IMG/VR virus record: IMGVR_UViG_3300028992_000036
Origin: a virus
Lineage: Duplodnaviria; Heunggongvirae; Uroviricota; Caudoviricetes
Direction: 5' to 3' (one strand)
Length of the DNA stretch: 64,000 nt
Shown: positions 37,721-48,450 of the stretch, piece by piece
Layout: every line of letters starts with the position of its first letter
Position numbering within the stretch: position 1 is the first letter of the stretch
Notes under the pieces: model-generated
The model's input: the letters and a program-made list of their open reading frames with translations, nothing else
Database searches by the model: none
What the model was told of the DNA's origin: nothing
Made by a program: the position numbers and the translations under genes

Positions 37721-38530
37721 TCATCCAATAGTGTACTCCGCGACAAACTTCTTAACGATCGGTGATTCTTCGTTCAATGTTAGATTTCCACCGTCTCTAA
37801 CGGCAATTCCTGTCGCTGGAAATACAGCCATCATTTGCCCAGCCTGAGTTGACGCAGTGTTAAGCGGATACGGTTTTTCTGGATTGCTCATTAAAGCAAT
37901 CTTAATACTATTACTTGTAGCCTTCTTTTCTGTGAGAAGGTGTCTCATGGAAATTACCGTGTAAACACTAATATCTGGACCTCCGCTAAACCAATTAAGA
38001 AGGTTTAATATCTTATCCTTTGCTTTGACAGGCGCGTTATCGTAAGCGTCTAAGAAAATATCTTTTTCTAAGCCCGCTTTATTGAAAAACGAATCATCTT
38101 TATCACTTAAAGTAAAACGAGGACCTCTTGCAGTACGAGCTTTTTTATTTGTATTGCTATCATTTGACTGTTGAACTTTTAATTCATCATTAACCTCAAC
38201 ACACTCTTCAACCTCAATAAATCCCAATTGTTCTGGCTCGTTTTCGGCAGCTTCAACACTTTCAGCGTTAATTACGTTTATAGGCTCATGCGCTAACTCC
38301 AACTCATTTAAAGCAGAGCTGAAATCACCTGCTTTTTCTTCATTGAAAAGTTCTTCGGCAACATCATCAGAACTCATGGCTACGCCAGCATCTAGGCCGA
38401 GCAGCAGATCGTCAATATCATCAGTATTTTCAACCTGTGCAGCTTTTTTTACTGGTTCATCAAGTGATTGCAACATGGCTGTCAGCTCGTCCAGATCATC
38501 ATTTGTCATTACATTTTCAACCGAACTCAT
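37721..38530 (-). CDS. acidic hypothetical protein
   Basis: 269 aa, N-terminal half D/E-rich; GAAGGAG RBS. Confidence 0.45.
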   Translation of the reverse strand: MSSVENVMTNDDLDELTAMLQSLDEPVKKAAQVENTDDIDDLLLGLDAGVAMSSDDVAEELFNEEKAGDFSSALNELELAHEPINVINAESVEAAENEPEQLGFIEVEECVEVNDELKVQQSNDSNTNKKARTARGPRFTLSDKDDSFFNKAGLEKDIFLDAYDNAPVKAKDKILNLLNWFSGGPDISVYTVISMRHLLTEKKATSNSIKIALMSNPEKPYPLNTASTQAGQMMAVFPATGIAVRDGGNLTLNEESPIVKKFVAEYTIG

Positions 38531-38688
38531 GTAAGTCTCCTTCTGTTTGGTTACATTTGCGTTTCGATGGCTGCATTTTGACTAAACCTATCAGGCGGAA
38601 AAGTATTAAATACAGGCAGAAAATGATTGAAAGGCGACTGTTCTTTAAAAAAAAGCCTACTTTAAACTTTTTAAAGTAGGCTTTTGTT

Positions 38689-39246
38689 TTACACAATTTC
38701 AGAGGGTAATTTAAAAAATCCGTACTTATTACGTGCCTTAAAGAAGCATTGCATCATTAAGTTTGTGTCATATAAGGCACTATGTGCTTTGGCATGATCG
38801 TATATAAAGCCAAGAGAGAAGGCCAACTCTTCAAGGCGGGGACGTTTACCGTCTTCTGTGGCCCACAATCCCGATAACATAGTATCTATAACAGGAACTT
38901 CTGGCAGTCTTACTCCATACCCTGAAAACTCGTGTCGAATAAATGGTATATCAAATGCTTCGCCGTTATGAGCAACCCACACACTACATGCCCCCATATA
39001 AGCGCCAATTTCGCTGGCATGATTTGACAACAAAGGTTCAGCTGCGAGCTGTTCCAATGAAATGCCATGAACGGCTTGAGCTTTCGGATCTATGTTTCTG
39101 CGAGGGTTAAAACGCATCTCCAGACTATCAATATGTCTCTGTGTCTCCAGTTCATAGCGGGTAATTGCGATTTCAATAATTTTATGACCAGCAAGGAAAT
39201 CCAGTCCCGTAGACTCGATATCGATGCCTGCAACAATCGTTGTCAT
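38689..39246 (-). CDS. DnaQ-like 3'-5' exonuclease (DEDDh)
   Basis: Exo I GIDIESTG, Exo III HSALYD; AAGGAG RBS. Confidence 0.7.
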   Translation of the reverse strand: MTTIVAGIDIESTGLDFLAGHKIIEIAITRYELETQRHIDSLEMRFNPRRNIDPKAQAVHGISLEQLAAEPLLSNHASEIGAYMGACSVWVAHNGEAFDIPFIRHEFSGYGVRLPEVPVIDTMLSGLWATEDGKRPRLEELAFSLGFIYDHAKAHSALYDTNLMMQCFFKARNKYGFFKLPSEIV

Positions 39247-39255
39247 CAGAACTCC

Positions 39256-39675
39256 TTACAACTTCTTAGCGCCCTTAAGTAGTGCGCTACGTACAAATTG
39301 AGCCGCTTTTTTCAAAGTTTCTTCACTGGTTTCACAGACAATCGGATCTTTCCACTTACCTGACACAGTGTTGAGAATATTGATTTGGTTGCTATCCAGA
39401 CAAACAGAGATATAAAGCACTGTGCCACCAGCCAGCATCAAATGCATAGGAAACAGAGGCTTTTTACTGCCTTCACTGAACTGAGACATGGCGATGTTAA
39501 TGGCTTCACCCACTTGTGTACCAACAAGCCCCTGCGCAGTTTCGAATATGGCACGAATAGCCAGACGAGCCTCTCGATCGCTCATAAGCGACCGGGAATG
39601 TTCGTCCGCTACACGAATCAAAGCCTCTGTTGTTTTCCGATCCAGTTCATCTTCAAGCAACATTTCACTAAACAT
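39256..39675 (-). CDS. hypothetical protein
   Basis: 139 aa; AAGGA RBS. Confidence 0.45.
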   Translation of the reverse strand: MFSEMLLEDELDRKTTEALIRVADEHSRSLMSDREARLAIRAIFETAQGLVGTQVGEAINIAMSQFSEGSKKPLFPMHLMLAGGTVLYISVCLDSNQINILNTVSGKWKDPIVCETSEETLKKAAQFVRSALLKGAKKL

Positions 39676-39736
39676 TTTTTATCCTTAACCCATTTTGAGA
39701 GTTTTATTGTCGCAATGTCGAAGAGGCGAACAATTT

Positions 39737-40381
39737 CTAATGAACGGTCACTCGGCCACAGAACCGGTTTTCTATCTTTTCTACAGCGTTATCTAGCATT
39801 CTCATCACTGATCTGGCTCTTGCTTCAACCGTGCGATATCGGTTGGAAACGACGAAGGTTTGCAGATCTCCCCTTTGCGGATGCAGGTGAATTTTTGTCA
39901 GTTCCCCGCACATCAACGCATCAATACGAGCGACATACAGACGGTCTAATGATGCTCGTTGTGATCGCAAGTAATCTCGCTCTGAGAGAGCGACTCCCGG
40001 GCGTAAGCCAGCAATGGCGTTAAAGTTTGAAATAGCAGTTTTGTGGCAAAACTTTTCGATATCGAGGGCTAACTCAATACACCGATCTTCATTTGTATGG
40101 CCGACCAAATCCAACGTGTAGGCCATAACATCAGCAGGTGTGCGATCGATAACAAAGCCTTCAACACCACGCGTAAGTAGCTCTATATGCTTTGCTATTT
40201 CCATTTGAATCTGAAGCCGCTCATATAGAGGCATAGAATCACCTACTCGAACACCGAGGCGGCTCATCAAACTTCCGACACCAGCATCCACGTAAGGGAT
40301 TCCGTAATGTTTGTCGATATATTTAGCCAGGGTTGTTTTCCCACTGCCCTGAGCACCAGTGATCCCAATCCGGTAATCCAT
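39737..40381 (-). CDS. P-loop NTPase, putative (deoxy)nucleotide kinase
   Basis: Walker A GITGAQGSGKTT near the N-terminus; coupled to DHFR (TAATG). Confidence 0.5.
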   Translation of the reverse strand: MDYRIGITGAQGSGKTTLAKYIDKHYGIPYVDAGVGSLMSRLGVRVGDSMPLYERLQIQMEIAKHIELLTRGVEGFVIDRTPADVMAYTLDLVGHTNEDRCIELALDIEKFCHKTAISNFNAIAGLRPGVALSERDYLRSQRASLDRLYVARIDALMCGELTKIHLHPQRGDLQTFVVSNRYRTVEARARSVMRMLDNAVEKIENRFCGRVTVH

Positions 40382-40857
40382 TACGACCTTCTGTATACGA
40401 TCTGCGAAAAGCCAGGCTCTTCCTCGCTGGCTCGTTGGGTATAAGCTGTTTCAACAGGCACAAAGCCTAAGTTACGCATCATGCTTGCCGGGAAGAATGC
40501 ATCGGCGTTTGGTACATCAATGCCGATGTGGGAGAGCCAAATCTCTTCAACATGCGGCATGAATAGCGAGTAAATTTGTTCCCCGCCAATCACCCACACA
40601 GGCTCTGGTAATCGCAACACATCATCCACACCAGCAGGGTAGAATCCATTTGGTACAAAGCCATGAGAGCGCGTCAAAACGAGGTTATGACGCTCTGGAA
40701 GAGGGCGTTTGAGACTTTCCATCGTTTTACGCCCCATAACGACAGTGGCGTTTTTGGTGAGTCTCTTAAATAGCTTCAGATCGGTAGAACAACGCCAGGG
40801 GAGTTCATTCGCTATGCCGATCTCATAGTTACGGCCAACAGCAGCGATCATCTTCAT
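40381..40857 (-). CDS. dihydrofolate reductase
   Basis: DHFR pattern ..IAAV..IG....LPW....DL..FK..T....VVMGRKT.ES...PLP.R.N.VLTR ... VIGGEQIY; 158 aa. Confidence 0.8.
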   Translation of the reverse strand: MKMIAAVGRNYEIGIANELPWRCSTDLKLFKRLTKNATVVMGRKTMESLKRPLPERHNLVLTRSHGFVPNGFYPAGVDDVLRLPEPVWVIGGEQIYSLFMPHVEEIWLSHIGIDVPNADAFFPASMMRNLGFVPVETAYTQRASEEEPGFSQIVYRRS

Positions 40858-41267
40858 TTGCTCACCTCATAGATGACCGGTCGATGGTGAGAGTCGGCTA
40901 AAGCGGCACGGAGTCGAGGATCGTGCACCAGCGCAGCGATAAGCAGATCGCCTTTATGCTCCGCTAATGTGCGCTTAATATGCTTCTCATAACTGGTGCC
41001 ATTCGGTACGAGATGAAGCCAGTCATAATCAACGCCAAAATCTTTCAGCCATCGTTTAGTTGGCGCTTCAAGAGTTTCAGAGCGGCTACTGATAAGCACC
41101 ACTTCAGCCCCTGAGCGAGCAAAACCACGCAACATACGGCTGGTGGGGAAAATGAGTTCATCACCGGCAATGAATTGGCCTGCATCCGAGTCAGATACAG
41201 ATTTACGATGGCTGGTATTTGCCAGCACACCTTCAATTTCGCATAAGACATACATACCTCTTGCCAT
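40854..41267 (-). CDS. hypothetical protein
   Basis: ATG 41267 two nt after the thyA stop; track start over-extended. Confidence 0.4.
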   Translation of the reverse strand: MARGMYVLCEIEGVLANTSHRKSVSDSDAGQFIAGDELIFPTSRMLRGFARSGAEVVLISSRSETLEAPTKRWLKDFGVDYDWLHLVPNGTSYEKHIKRTLAEHKGDLLIAALVHDPRLRAALADSHHRPVIYEVSK

Positions 41268-41268
41268 A

Positions 41269-42372
41269 TCACACCGCCACTGGAACCTTGATCCACGGTA
41301 GAGGGGCATAGCCAAGAATAAGAATCTCGTCCCATTTGAAATCATCCAGCTCAGACCATTCATTAGGGAATATAACGACCGGATCTGAATGCTCTGGAGC
41401 CTGTCGTTGCATTAGCTCACACACACCTTCCATGTGGTTGTTGTACAAATGCACGTCAAAGCCAAAATGCACAAATGCACCGGCCATGTGACCCGTAATC
41501 TTCGCGAGAAAATGAGTGAGAATGCCATAGCCAGCAATATTGAATGGCATACCAACAAAAGTGTCTACGCTACGCTGTACGAGGCAGGAGTTGAGGATGC
41601 GTTTGGGGATTCCAAGTTCATCCAGTTCAGTTTCAGTAACACTGCCGTCCATCTCCAGATCGTATAGCATCTTGGTGTAGATAGACTCATAACCGAGGCG
41701 ACTGTGTTGAAGACCAATGTCAGTTGCCATCGTTAAACGGGTTTCAAAATCCAGTTCACGACTCCACAAAGAGAAGACAAAGTGGCAAGGTGGCAGTTTC
41801 ATATCCTCAAGCTCGCCTACGTTCCATGCGTTAAGCATGATGCGACGATCGGTAGGGTTCGTGCGCAGTGTATCGACAATACGCTGTAGCTGATCGATTT
41901 CACGGGACAGCACTACGCGATCTTCACTGATACCCAGGTATCCCTCGACTTTGTACCCGCGTTCACGGAAAGTAGCGATCTTGCTCAGATATTCACTATG
42001 GCTCACGATGCGGGTATCTTCCCATCGACGCCACTGCTTACCGTAAACCGGCCCCAAATCGCCATTCTCATCGGCCCATGCATCCCAAATCTTAACGCCG
42101 TTATCCTTGAGAAATTGGATGTTGCCCGTGCCTTTCAGATACCACTCAAGTTCGACAAGCAGTGGCTTAAGATTTACCGCCTTTCCAGAAATAAGCGGCA
42201 CAGTCCCACCAGTAAGCATGTAGTAAGAGGGAACGTAGCAGGTGCTTAAAGTACCAGTGCCTGTGCGATCATCAGCCTGCACGCCGCTTTTAAGCACCGT
42301 CTCAATAACTTTTGCATACGATGCGTTTGTTACCTGACCGTTCGTATGCTCACGATTCAAAAGGAGTGACAC
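41269..42372 (-). CDS. thyA: thymidylate synthase with two insertions relative to canonical ThyA
   Basis: DRTGTGT, WADENGDLGPVYGKQWR, AWNVGEL, catalytic PPCH, PFNIAGY (Asn suggests dUMP specificity), C-terminal PLPWIKVPVAV; ~367 aa vs ~264 in E. coli; GTG 42372 with GAGG RBS. Confidence 0.8.
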   Translation of the reverse strand: MSLLLNREHTNGQVTNASYAKVIETVLKSGVQADDRTGTGTLSTCYVPSYYMLTGGTVPLISGKAVNLKPLLVELEWYLKGTGNIQFLKDNGVKIWDAWADENGDLGPVYGKQWRRWEDTRIVSHSEYLSKIATFRERGYKVEGYLGISEDRVVLSREIDQLQRIVDTLRTNPTDRRIMLNAWNVGELEDMKLPPCHFVFSLWSRELDFETRLTMATDIGLQHSRLGYESIYTKMLYDLEMDGSVTETELDELGIPKRILNSCLVQRSVDTFVGMPFNIAGYGILTHFLAKITGHMAGAFVHFGFDVHLYNNHMEGVCELMQRQAPEHSDPVVIFPNEWSELDDFKWDEILILGYAPLPWIKVPVAV

Positions 42373-42543
42373 AAAAACCTCACAAAGATAAGTGACCACT
42401 TATTCATTAAGTGAGTTTACATTTATTGAGGGAACAAGGCCAGATAGATAAAAAAATGGTGGCCATAGGCCACCAAAAACGAATAGTTGTTTCAGAAATT
42501 TAACGCGCCAGCGCAATATACACAGATAGATAACTACCTACAA

Positions 42544-43413
42544 TTATTTTTTGATCATTCCGTACATTGCTGAGGCTTTAGCTTGCTCAACAAAGGAGGA
42601 TAAATCGACATCACTATAGGTTGGAGACTTCAGAATCTTTCCATCGGAAATTCGAAAACCGATCATCTTATCGGTGCCATCAGCATGGCGAAATCCCAGG
42701 TCAGAAGAGTCGTATTTGCAGTTGGCCACAGCATGGCGACGCTCTTCGGCATCTGCAGGCCATAATTTTGTCATGTTGGACCGATGAATTTCGCCAACCA
42801 GCTCGACGACATTGATACCGAGAAAATCAGCCAGTCGATAAGTCATCATGCACGCCACATAGATTTTGTTCATTACACGGCGCAGTTCCTGAATCAGCTC
42901 AGAATCCTTAACAGTCTTCTTCTCAAGTTTATCTGCCAGCTCTTCGAGCATACATGACGCCTCACGAGCTTCCTGAAATGGCATTGCCATATCATCGAAA
43001 ACAGTGTTACCAGGCACAAAAATTGTCTGCATAAAGCGATCAATGCTCTGTTCCTGCGTGTAATAAGTCATGCCGGTAGAAATACCACCTTTGATGGCGA
43101 CCATCGTACCAACACCAACGTATAAAAAGTCGGCCATTGCATCCAGCAGTTGCTCAATATCCCCATTCATTGCGGCTGGAATACCTTCCACTACAGCTTC
43201 TTCATGAATCAGGCTTGCACGGAGACGAAGCAGCTCTGGTGTCGGCATAACGCGTCTCGGATGCTGGAAGAGTTCATGAAACTGATCGACCATCTTGTAA
43301 ATACTTTCAGTGGCTACACCATGGCCTTCATGCAATTCATATGGTTCTGGCTTAAATCCAATGAGTCGATCGGTGGCAAGTTTCAGGTGGTCAGTCAGTT
43401 TGGTAAAGTTCAT
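42544..43413 (-). CDS. MazG-like nucleotide pyrophosphohydrolase, putative (tandem repeat)
   Basis: Two EExxE...D-type helical segments; weak assignment; GAAGGA RBS. Confidence 0.35.
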   Translation of the reverse strand: MNFTKLTDHLKLATDRLIGFKPEPYELHEGHGVATESIYKMVDQFHELFQHPRRVMPTPELLRLRASLIHEEAVVEGIPAAMNGDIEQLLDAMADFLYVGVGTMVAIKGGISTGMTYYTQEQSIDRFMQTIFVPGNTVFDDMAMPFQEAREASCMLEELADKLEKKTVKDSELIQELRRVMNKIYVACMMTYRLADFLGINVVELVGEIHRSNMTKLWPADAEERRHAVANCKYDSSDLGFRHADGTDKMIGFRISDGKILKSPTYSDVDLSSFVEQAKASAMYGMIKK

Positions 43414-43490
43414 GCTAGTTTTGTTCCTTCTTAATTCTTGTGATCCATTGTGGCCCAGCGTTGCCAGGCCACATAATGCTTTGTATCGGT

Positions 43491-44633
43491 TTACAGGTCT
43501 GCAAACTGGCTTAGAGAAGCCTTATCCACGGTAGAATCGATCTGACCTACCAGATATGTGCTTTGCTCTGCCTCTTGTGGTGCAATTTGCAGTGTGTCGG
43601 TTAACAACCACTTGTTCATCCAGACCAGCGGGTCAGTGGTAACTTCTGGAAATAAAGCCTTCAGGCCAAGACGATTCATAGCCAGATTGGTGCGGTATTT
43701 TACATAGGTTTTGAGAATATCCGCGTTTAAACCAATCATCGAACCGTCTTTGAAGAGATAGTCTGCCCAGTTCATTTCTTGTTCGGCGACTGATTTCATG
43801 GTGTCGTAAATGACGTTTTCTTCATCAGCAGCAATCTCTTTCCACAATAAACCTTCGCGACCGGTACGCATGAAGCGGATCATGCGTTCAGTTCCTTCGC
43901 AATGCAGAGCTTCATCACGGGCAATAAAGCGCATAATTTTGGTGTTACCCTCAAGCAACTTCCGTTCACCAAAGGCAAACGTACATGCAAAACTTACGTA
44001 GAAACGGATCGCCTCAAGCGCATTAATGGACACCAACGTGCGGAAAAGCTGACGATGCAAAGGGTATGGCTCCCAGCCATATTCATTTACGTACAGACGC
44101 TCAAATTCCTTCTCACCTAACGACTGGCGCTCGCAGGTCATCCCATAAAGCCTGTCATATTCAGCAGAGATACTGATCGCTCGGTTGATGATTTCTTCAT
44201 CCGTAACAATACCGTCAAAAACAATGCTCGGATCGTCCACCATGCCACGAATAATGTGGGTGTAGCTGCGGCTATGGATAGTCTCAGAGAAAGACCACGT
44301 TTCAACCCACGTTTCCAGTTCAGGAATAGAGATAAGCGGCAGCAGCGTTGCATTTGGGCTACGTCCCTGAACTGAATCGAGTAACGTTTGATAACGGAGA
44401 TTGCTCAGAAAAATGTGACGTTCGTGGTCCCGCAGCTTCGTGTTGAAGTCGATACGATCGCTCGAAATATCAACTTCTTCCGGCCGCCAGAAGAAAGACA
44501 ATTGACGTTCAATCAACTTTTCAAAATCACGGTATTTTTGCTGATCGTAACGTGCCACGTTGACAGATTGTCCGAGGAACATAGGCTCTTTGGTTGCATC
44601 ATTAGCACCCAAACGGAACGTTGAATATGACAT
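43491..44633 (-). CDS. nrdB: ribonucleotide reductase class Ia beta subunit
   Basis: Strong similarity to E. coli NrdB pattern ([40 protein letters not shown]-terminal ...QIDS.VD); ATG 44633 with AAGGA RBS. Confidence 0.85.
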   Translation of the reverse strand: MSYSTFRLGANDATKEPMFLGQSVNVARYDQQKYRDFEKLIERQLSFFWRPEEVDISSDRIDFNTKLRDHERHIFLSNLRYQTLLDSVQGRSPNATLLPLISIPELETWVETWSFSETIHSRSYTHIIRGMVDDPSIVFDGIVTDEEIINRAISISAEYDRLYGMTCERQSLGEKEFERLYVNEYGWEPYPLHRQLFRTLVSINALEAIRFYVSFACTFAFGERKLLEGNTKIMRFIARDEALHCEGTERMIRFMRTGREGLLWKEIAADEENVIYDTMKSVAEQEMNWADYLFKDGSMIGLNADILKTYVKYRTNLAMNRLGLKALFPEVTTDPLVWMNKWLLTDTLQIAPQEAEQSTYLVGQIDSTVDKASLSQFADL

Positions 44634-44738
44634 GTGTTTTTCCTTTTTCTTTTTTATGTGTTTAAACAAGTTGTTATCTTATTTGTTTAAACAAGGCTTA
44701 CAAATCAAAGAGAAGGTGGGGATACACCCCACCATATG

Positions 44739-47054
44739 TCAGATTTTGCAGGCTCCGTCGCACTCATCTTCTGGCTCGACGGCTACAGCTTGCGTCAGTG
44801 GATTCTGCGGTTCGTCGTCATCACGCTTTCCTGCCCCATCTCTGGTGTTGTGGTAGTAAAGCGTTTTAACTCCCATCTTGTAGGCGAGAAGCACATCTGA
44901 CAGTAGCGTCATCATTGGGACTTTATCGCCTTCAAAGCGAGAAGGGTCATAGTTGGTATTGGCTGAAATAGCCTGGTCAAAGAACTTCTGGATGATCGCC
45001 ACCTTTGTCAGATAGCCGCGGTTGTCCGGCATATCCCACAGGTATTCATACTGTTCCTTCAGTTTTTCAAACTCAGGCACGACCATCTTGACGATGCCGT
45101 CCTTAGAAGATTTCACTGACACCGGGCCACGAGGCGGTTCGATGCCGTTGGTGGAATTAGTGATCTGGCTGGAAGTCTCGCATGGCATTTGTGCCGTCAG
45201 TGTGGAGTTGCGAAGGCCGTATTTTGCAATACGTTCACGCAGTTCTTCCCACGGCATCTTTAACTCAAAGTTGGTTTCGCCACTTTCGTCTAATGAAGAA
45301 CGGTAATGGTCGATCGGCAACTGACCAATTGCGTACTTGGTCTGCTCAAACCAGTCACACTCACCTTTTGCTTCAGCAAGTCGGCAGCTGGCATCAAGAA
45401 GGTAATACTGGATAGCTTCGAACGTTTCATGCACCAGTTTATTGCCAGCGGTATCAGAATAACGAACGCCATTTTTTGCCAGGTAATAAGCAAAGTTGGT
45501 TACACCAATTCCCAAGCTACGACGAGCTTTGGCAGGCACTTCGGCTGCCTCCATCGGATAGTCTTGATAATCCAGTAACGAATCCAGTGCAGCAACGGCA
45601 TAGAACGCCACCTCTTTAAGAGACTCCAGTGAACGGATGGCTCCGAGGTTAAAAGCGGATAAAGTGCATAGCGCGATCTCACCGTTCGGGTCGTCGGTAA
45701 ATGCCAGTGGACGGGTGGGTAGGGTGATCTCCATACACAGGTTTGACTGGCGGACAGGTGCAAGAGCAGGAATGAAAGCGCCATGCTCATTAATATGATC
45801 GACGTTCGCAATATAAATTCGGCCCGTGGACGCTCGTTCCTGCATCAGAGATGAGAACAGCTCAATGGCAGGTACTGACTTCTTGCGAATTGAATCATCG
45901 GCTTCGTATTTATGGTACAGCTTTTCAAACAGATCCTGGTCTGTGAAGAAGGCTTCGTACATATCAGGCACATCATGCGGGCTGAACAGAGTGATGTTCT
46001 CGCTTCTGACGAGTCGACGGTACATCAGACGGTTACTCATGACACCGTAATCAAGATGGCGAACGCGGTTTTCATCGATACCACGGTTATTTTTCACCAC
46101 CAGCAGACTTTCAACTTCAAGATGCCAAATCGGGTAAAACGCTGTTGCTGCGCCACCACGGACACCACCTTGCGAGCAAGATTTAACAGCAGTCTGGAAA
46201 TGCTTCAGGAATGGAATAACTCCGGTATGGGTGGCTTCACCATTGCGGATCTCGCTGCCCAGCGCACGGATACGGCCAAAACCAATACCAATTCCAGCAC
46301 GACGTGAAACGTAGTCGATAATTGCGGCTGAAGCTGCACTAATCCCTTTCAGACTATCGCCAGACTCAATCAGCACACAACTGGAGAACTGACGGGTTGG
46401 AGTACGGACGCCGGCCATGATTGGTGTGGGCAGAGACAGTTTGAACGTACTTGTAACGTCATAGAAACCTTTGACCATCTCCATACGTGTTTTGCCAGCG
46501 CAGTCGTCTTCCCAATTCTGGAACAGACACATGCCCACCAGCATATAGATATGTTGCGGCCCCTCATGAATCTCACCAGTAACACGGTTTTGAACGAGGT
46601 ATTTGCTTTGCAATTGCACCGTAGCCGCATAGCCAAAAAGATCGTCACGTTTAGGCTTAATGTAATTGCCGAGTTCTTCGATCTCTTCAAATGAATAATG
46701 TGTCAGCAAATCCTTGTCATAAACGCCCTTGCTAACGTTCTTGATAATGTGTTGGTAGAAGTTCGGATAGTCGTAACGACCGAAGGCATCTTTGCGGATT
46801 TTAAAAATGTTCAGGCGGGCAGCCACCTGCGAGTAATTTGGTGCATCTGGTGAGATCAAATCAGCGGCAGATTTAACCAAAGCCTCATGCAACTGGCTGG
46901 TGGTAATCCCATCAAAAATGCTGGCCGCAGCTCCCATTGCTACAGCGGATGCGCTTACACCACGAATGCCTTCTACGCCATACATTACGACGCGGTTGTA
47001 TTTTTCTTCGGATAACGGCTCTGTTTGGCCGTTACGTTTTACGATGCTTATCAT
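44739..47054 (-). CDS. nrdA: ribonucleotide reductase class Ia alpha subunit
   Basis: Near-collinear with E. coli NrdA (LVQNRVTGEI, PTPIMSGVRTPTRQFSSCVLIE, SQGGVRGGAAT, NLC.EI.LPT, C-terminal CxGACKI). Confidence 0.9.
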   Translation of the reverse strand: MISIVKRNGQTEPLSEEKYNRVVMYGVEGIRGVSASAVAMGAAASIFDGITTSQLHEALVKSAADLISPDAPNYSQVAARLNIFKIRKDAFGRYDYPNFYQHIIKNVSKGVYDKDLLTHYSFEEIEELGNYIKPKRDDLFGYAATVQLQSKYLVQNRVTGEIHEGPQHIYMLVGMCLFQNWEDDCAGKTRMEMVKGFYDVTSTFKLSLPTPIMAGVRTPTRQFSSCVLIESGDSLKGISAASAAIIDYVSRRAGIGIGFGRIRALGSEIRNGEATHTGVIPFLKHFQTAVKSCSQGGVRGGAATAFYPIWHLEVESLLVVKNNRGIDENRVRHLDYGVMSNRLMYRRLVRSENITLFSPHDVPDMYEAFFTDQDLFEKLYHKYEADDSIRKKSVPAIELFSSLMQERASTGRIYIANVDHINEHGAFIPALAPVRQSNLCMEITLPTRPLAFTDDPNGEIALCTLSAFNLGAIRSLESLKEVAFYAVAALDSLLDYQDYPMEAAEVPAKARRSLGIGVTNFAYYLAKNGVRYSDTAGNKLVHETFEAIQYYLLDASCRLAEAKGECDWFEQTKYAIGQLPIDHYRSSLDESGETNFELKMPWEELRERIAKYGLRNSTLTAQMPCETSSQITNSTNGIEPPRGPVSVKSSKDGIVKMVVPEFEKLKEQYEYLWDMPDNRGYLTKVAIIQKFFDQAISANTNYDPSRFEGDKVPMMTLLSDVLLAYKMGVKTLYYHNTRDGAGKRDDDEPQNPLTQAVAVEPEDECDGACKI

Positions 47055-47061
47055 GTATCAC

Positions 47062-47092
47062 CAAATAAAGAGGGCCACTATATTTAGTGGCC
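47062..47092 (-). terminator. hairpin terminator/attenuator in nrdA leader
   Basis: GGGCCACTA-aata-TAGTGGCCC followed by TCTTTATTT on the minus strand, 15 nt upstream of the nrdA ATG. Confidence 0.45.
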
Positions 47093-47127
47093 CATGTTAA
47101 TAGATAAGCACTTACCTATCAATGAGA

Positions 47128-47697
47128 TCAAATGAGAGACTTGAGAACATCGCGCACCTGGCGAAACTGATCTGTTTGCATACCGGTATGGATGGCAGCC
47201 ACCGCATCAGCCAAATGTTCGTTTTTGTTCACGAGAACATCCTGTCCAGATTGCTTACGACGCAGCCACGGTGCTTTAGGGTGTTTTTTCGTAGCCCACT
47301 GGATAATCTCTTCTTTCGATGTAGTAAGTTTATTGCCAACAAAATGCTTGATTTCGTTTGGAGTGACCTGGATCAATGGCTTATCCACACACGCAAGTAC
47401 ACCGATACAAATACCGTAAGACGTCTGCGAACGAGAGTTTTGGCTCCCAACCGGTAGTTCACAAAAAACCATATTCGCCTTATCAATGATTGGCTTCGCA
47501 ACACGCCATATTTCACTGGCACGGCGCAGATCGTCACTGTTCACACGAACGGTCTTTTTGTTACTCCCCGCTTTAGTCTCAACAAGAGTAAGGCCGTGAA
47601 TCTCAAGTTCGTCCGTTTCAAGGTCTAAAGTGCCCACAGCAAGCCCAAAGTTGCTCATAGAGGGATCAACACCAACTACGCTGATTTTTTTACTCAT
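47128..47697 (-). CDS. RuvC-like Holliday junction resolvase
   Basis: N-terminal VVGVDPSMSNFGLAV and C-terminal HLADAVAAIHTG resemble RuvC catalytic motifs; AAGGAG RBS. Confidence 0.65.
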   Translation of the reverse strand: MSKKISVVGVDPSMSNFGLAVGTLDLETDELEIHGLTLVETKAGSNKKTVRVNSDDLRRASEIWRVAKPIIDKANMVFCELPVGSQNSRSQTSYGICIGVLACVDKPLIQVTPNEIKHFVGNKLTTSKEEIIQWATKKHPKAPWLRRKQSGQDVLVNKNEHLADAVAAIHTGMQTDQFRQVRDVLKSLI

Positions 47698-47706
47698 ATA
47701 GTCTCC

Positions 47707-48450
47707 TTACCATGTTCCCCATAGAGGGTTTTCCAATAATCTCGCCTCCAACGAATTGGCTACTATTGCCGTTTGCAACGTTGGTTGGGGATAGTTTGCA
47801 AAGTCTGAATACTCATTTTCCTGCGTGACACGTTTATCTACGGCATGTTTAACGCCACTTGCTATGAAATGACGCATGATGCCCAACAGCCTCCGACTGT
47901 CTGCACTATCGTTTGCTAAAACATGAGGGAGCTGAAGTTCGATTTCTACCATTTCTCCATACTTACCAACAAACTGTAGTTTGTCCGCACTGTACTTTTT
48001 ATCCCTCCTTTGGATAAGGAAACCAGTAAAAGCATCACCTGGCGATGCCAAACTATCCACCCGCTTATTGGCAAGTCGAATAAGGTTCGTGAAAGCCATA
48101 CAGTGATGCGCACCCATTCCCCCAAAGAACCCTTCGCTATTAATGTTAAGATCTTCAGTTTCATGGGATGCAATAAACCCAGGCCCGACGTTGGGAAGAT
48201 ATCCCCCCTCAACAAAAGGATTAATCAGGATCGGCGCAATACATCCAGGTGGTAGTGATTTCAAACTTTGCATCAATGGTGTCTCGGATATTAGACCAAG
48301 CAACGCGGCGAATTGTACTCCGTCAATATTGTTGCTGCCCCATAGAATACGTGGAGCCGCACCATTGGAAGTATGCCCATTGATCAGTTTTATCGACTGC
48401 ATCACTGCAAATACCTGCAAAAACTGCGAGCGGCTTAATTTAAACGACAT
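47707..48450 (-). CDS. hypothetical protein
   Basis: 247 aa; AGAGGGG RBS; overlaps upstream gene end by 10 nt. Confidence 0.45.
   Translation of the reverse strand: MSFKLSRSQFLQVFAVMQSIKLINGHTSNGAAPRILWGSNNIDGVQFAALLGLISETPLMQSLKSLPPGCIAPILINPFVEGGYLPNVGPGFIASHETEDLNINSEGFFGGMGAHHCMAFTNLIRLANKRVDSLASPGDAFTGFLIQRRDKKYSADKLQFVGKYGEMVEIELQLPHVLANDSADSRRLLGIMRHFIASGVKHAVDKRVTQENEYSDFANYPQPTLQTAIVANSLEARLLENPLWGTW

Noticed and set aside
37534-37746. 70-aa ORF overlapping the Dam upstream region
   Set aside because: Overlaps a bidirectional terminator and motif B, has no RBS and a basic low-complexity sequence; likely spurious.
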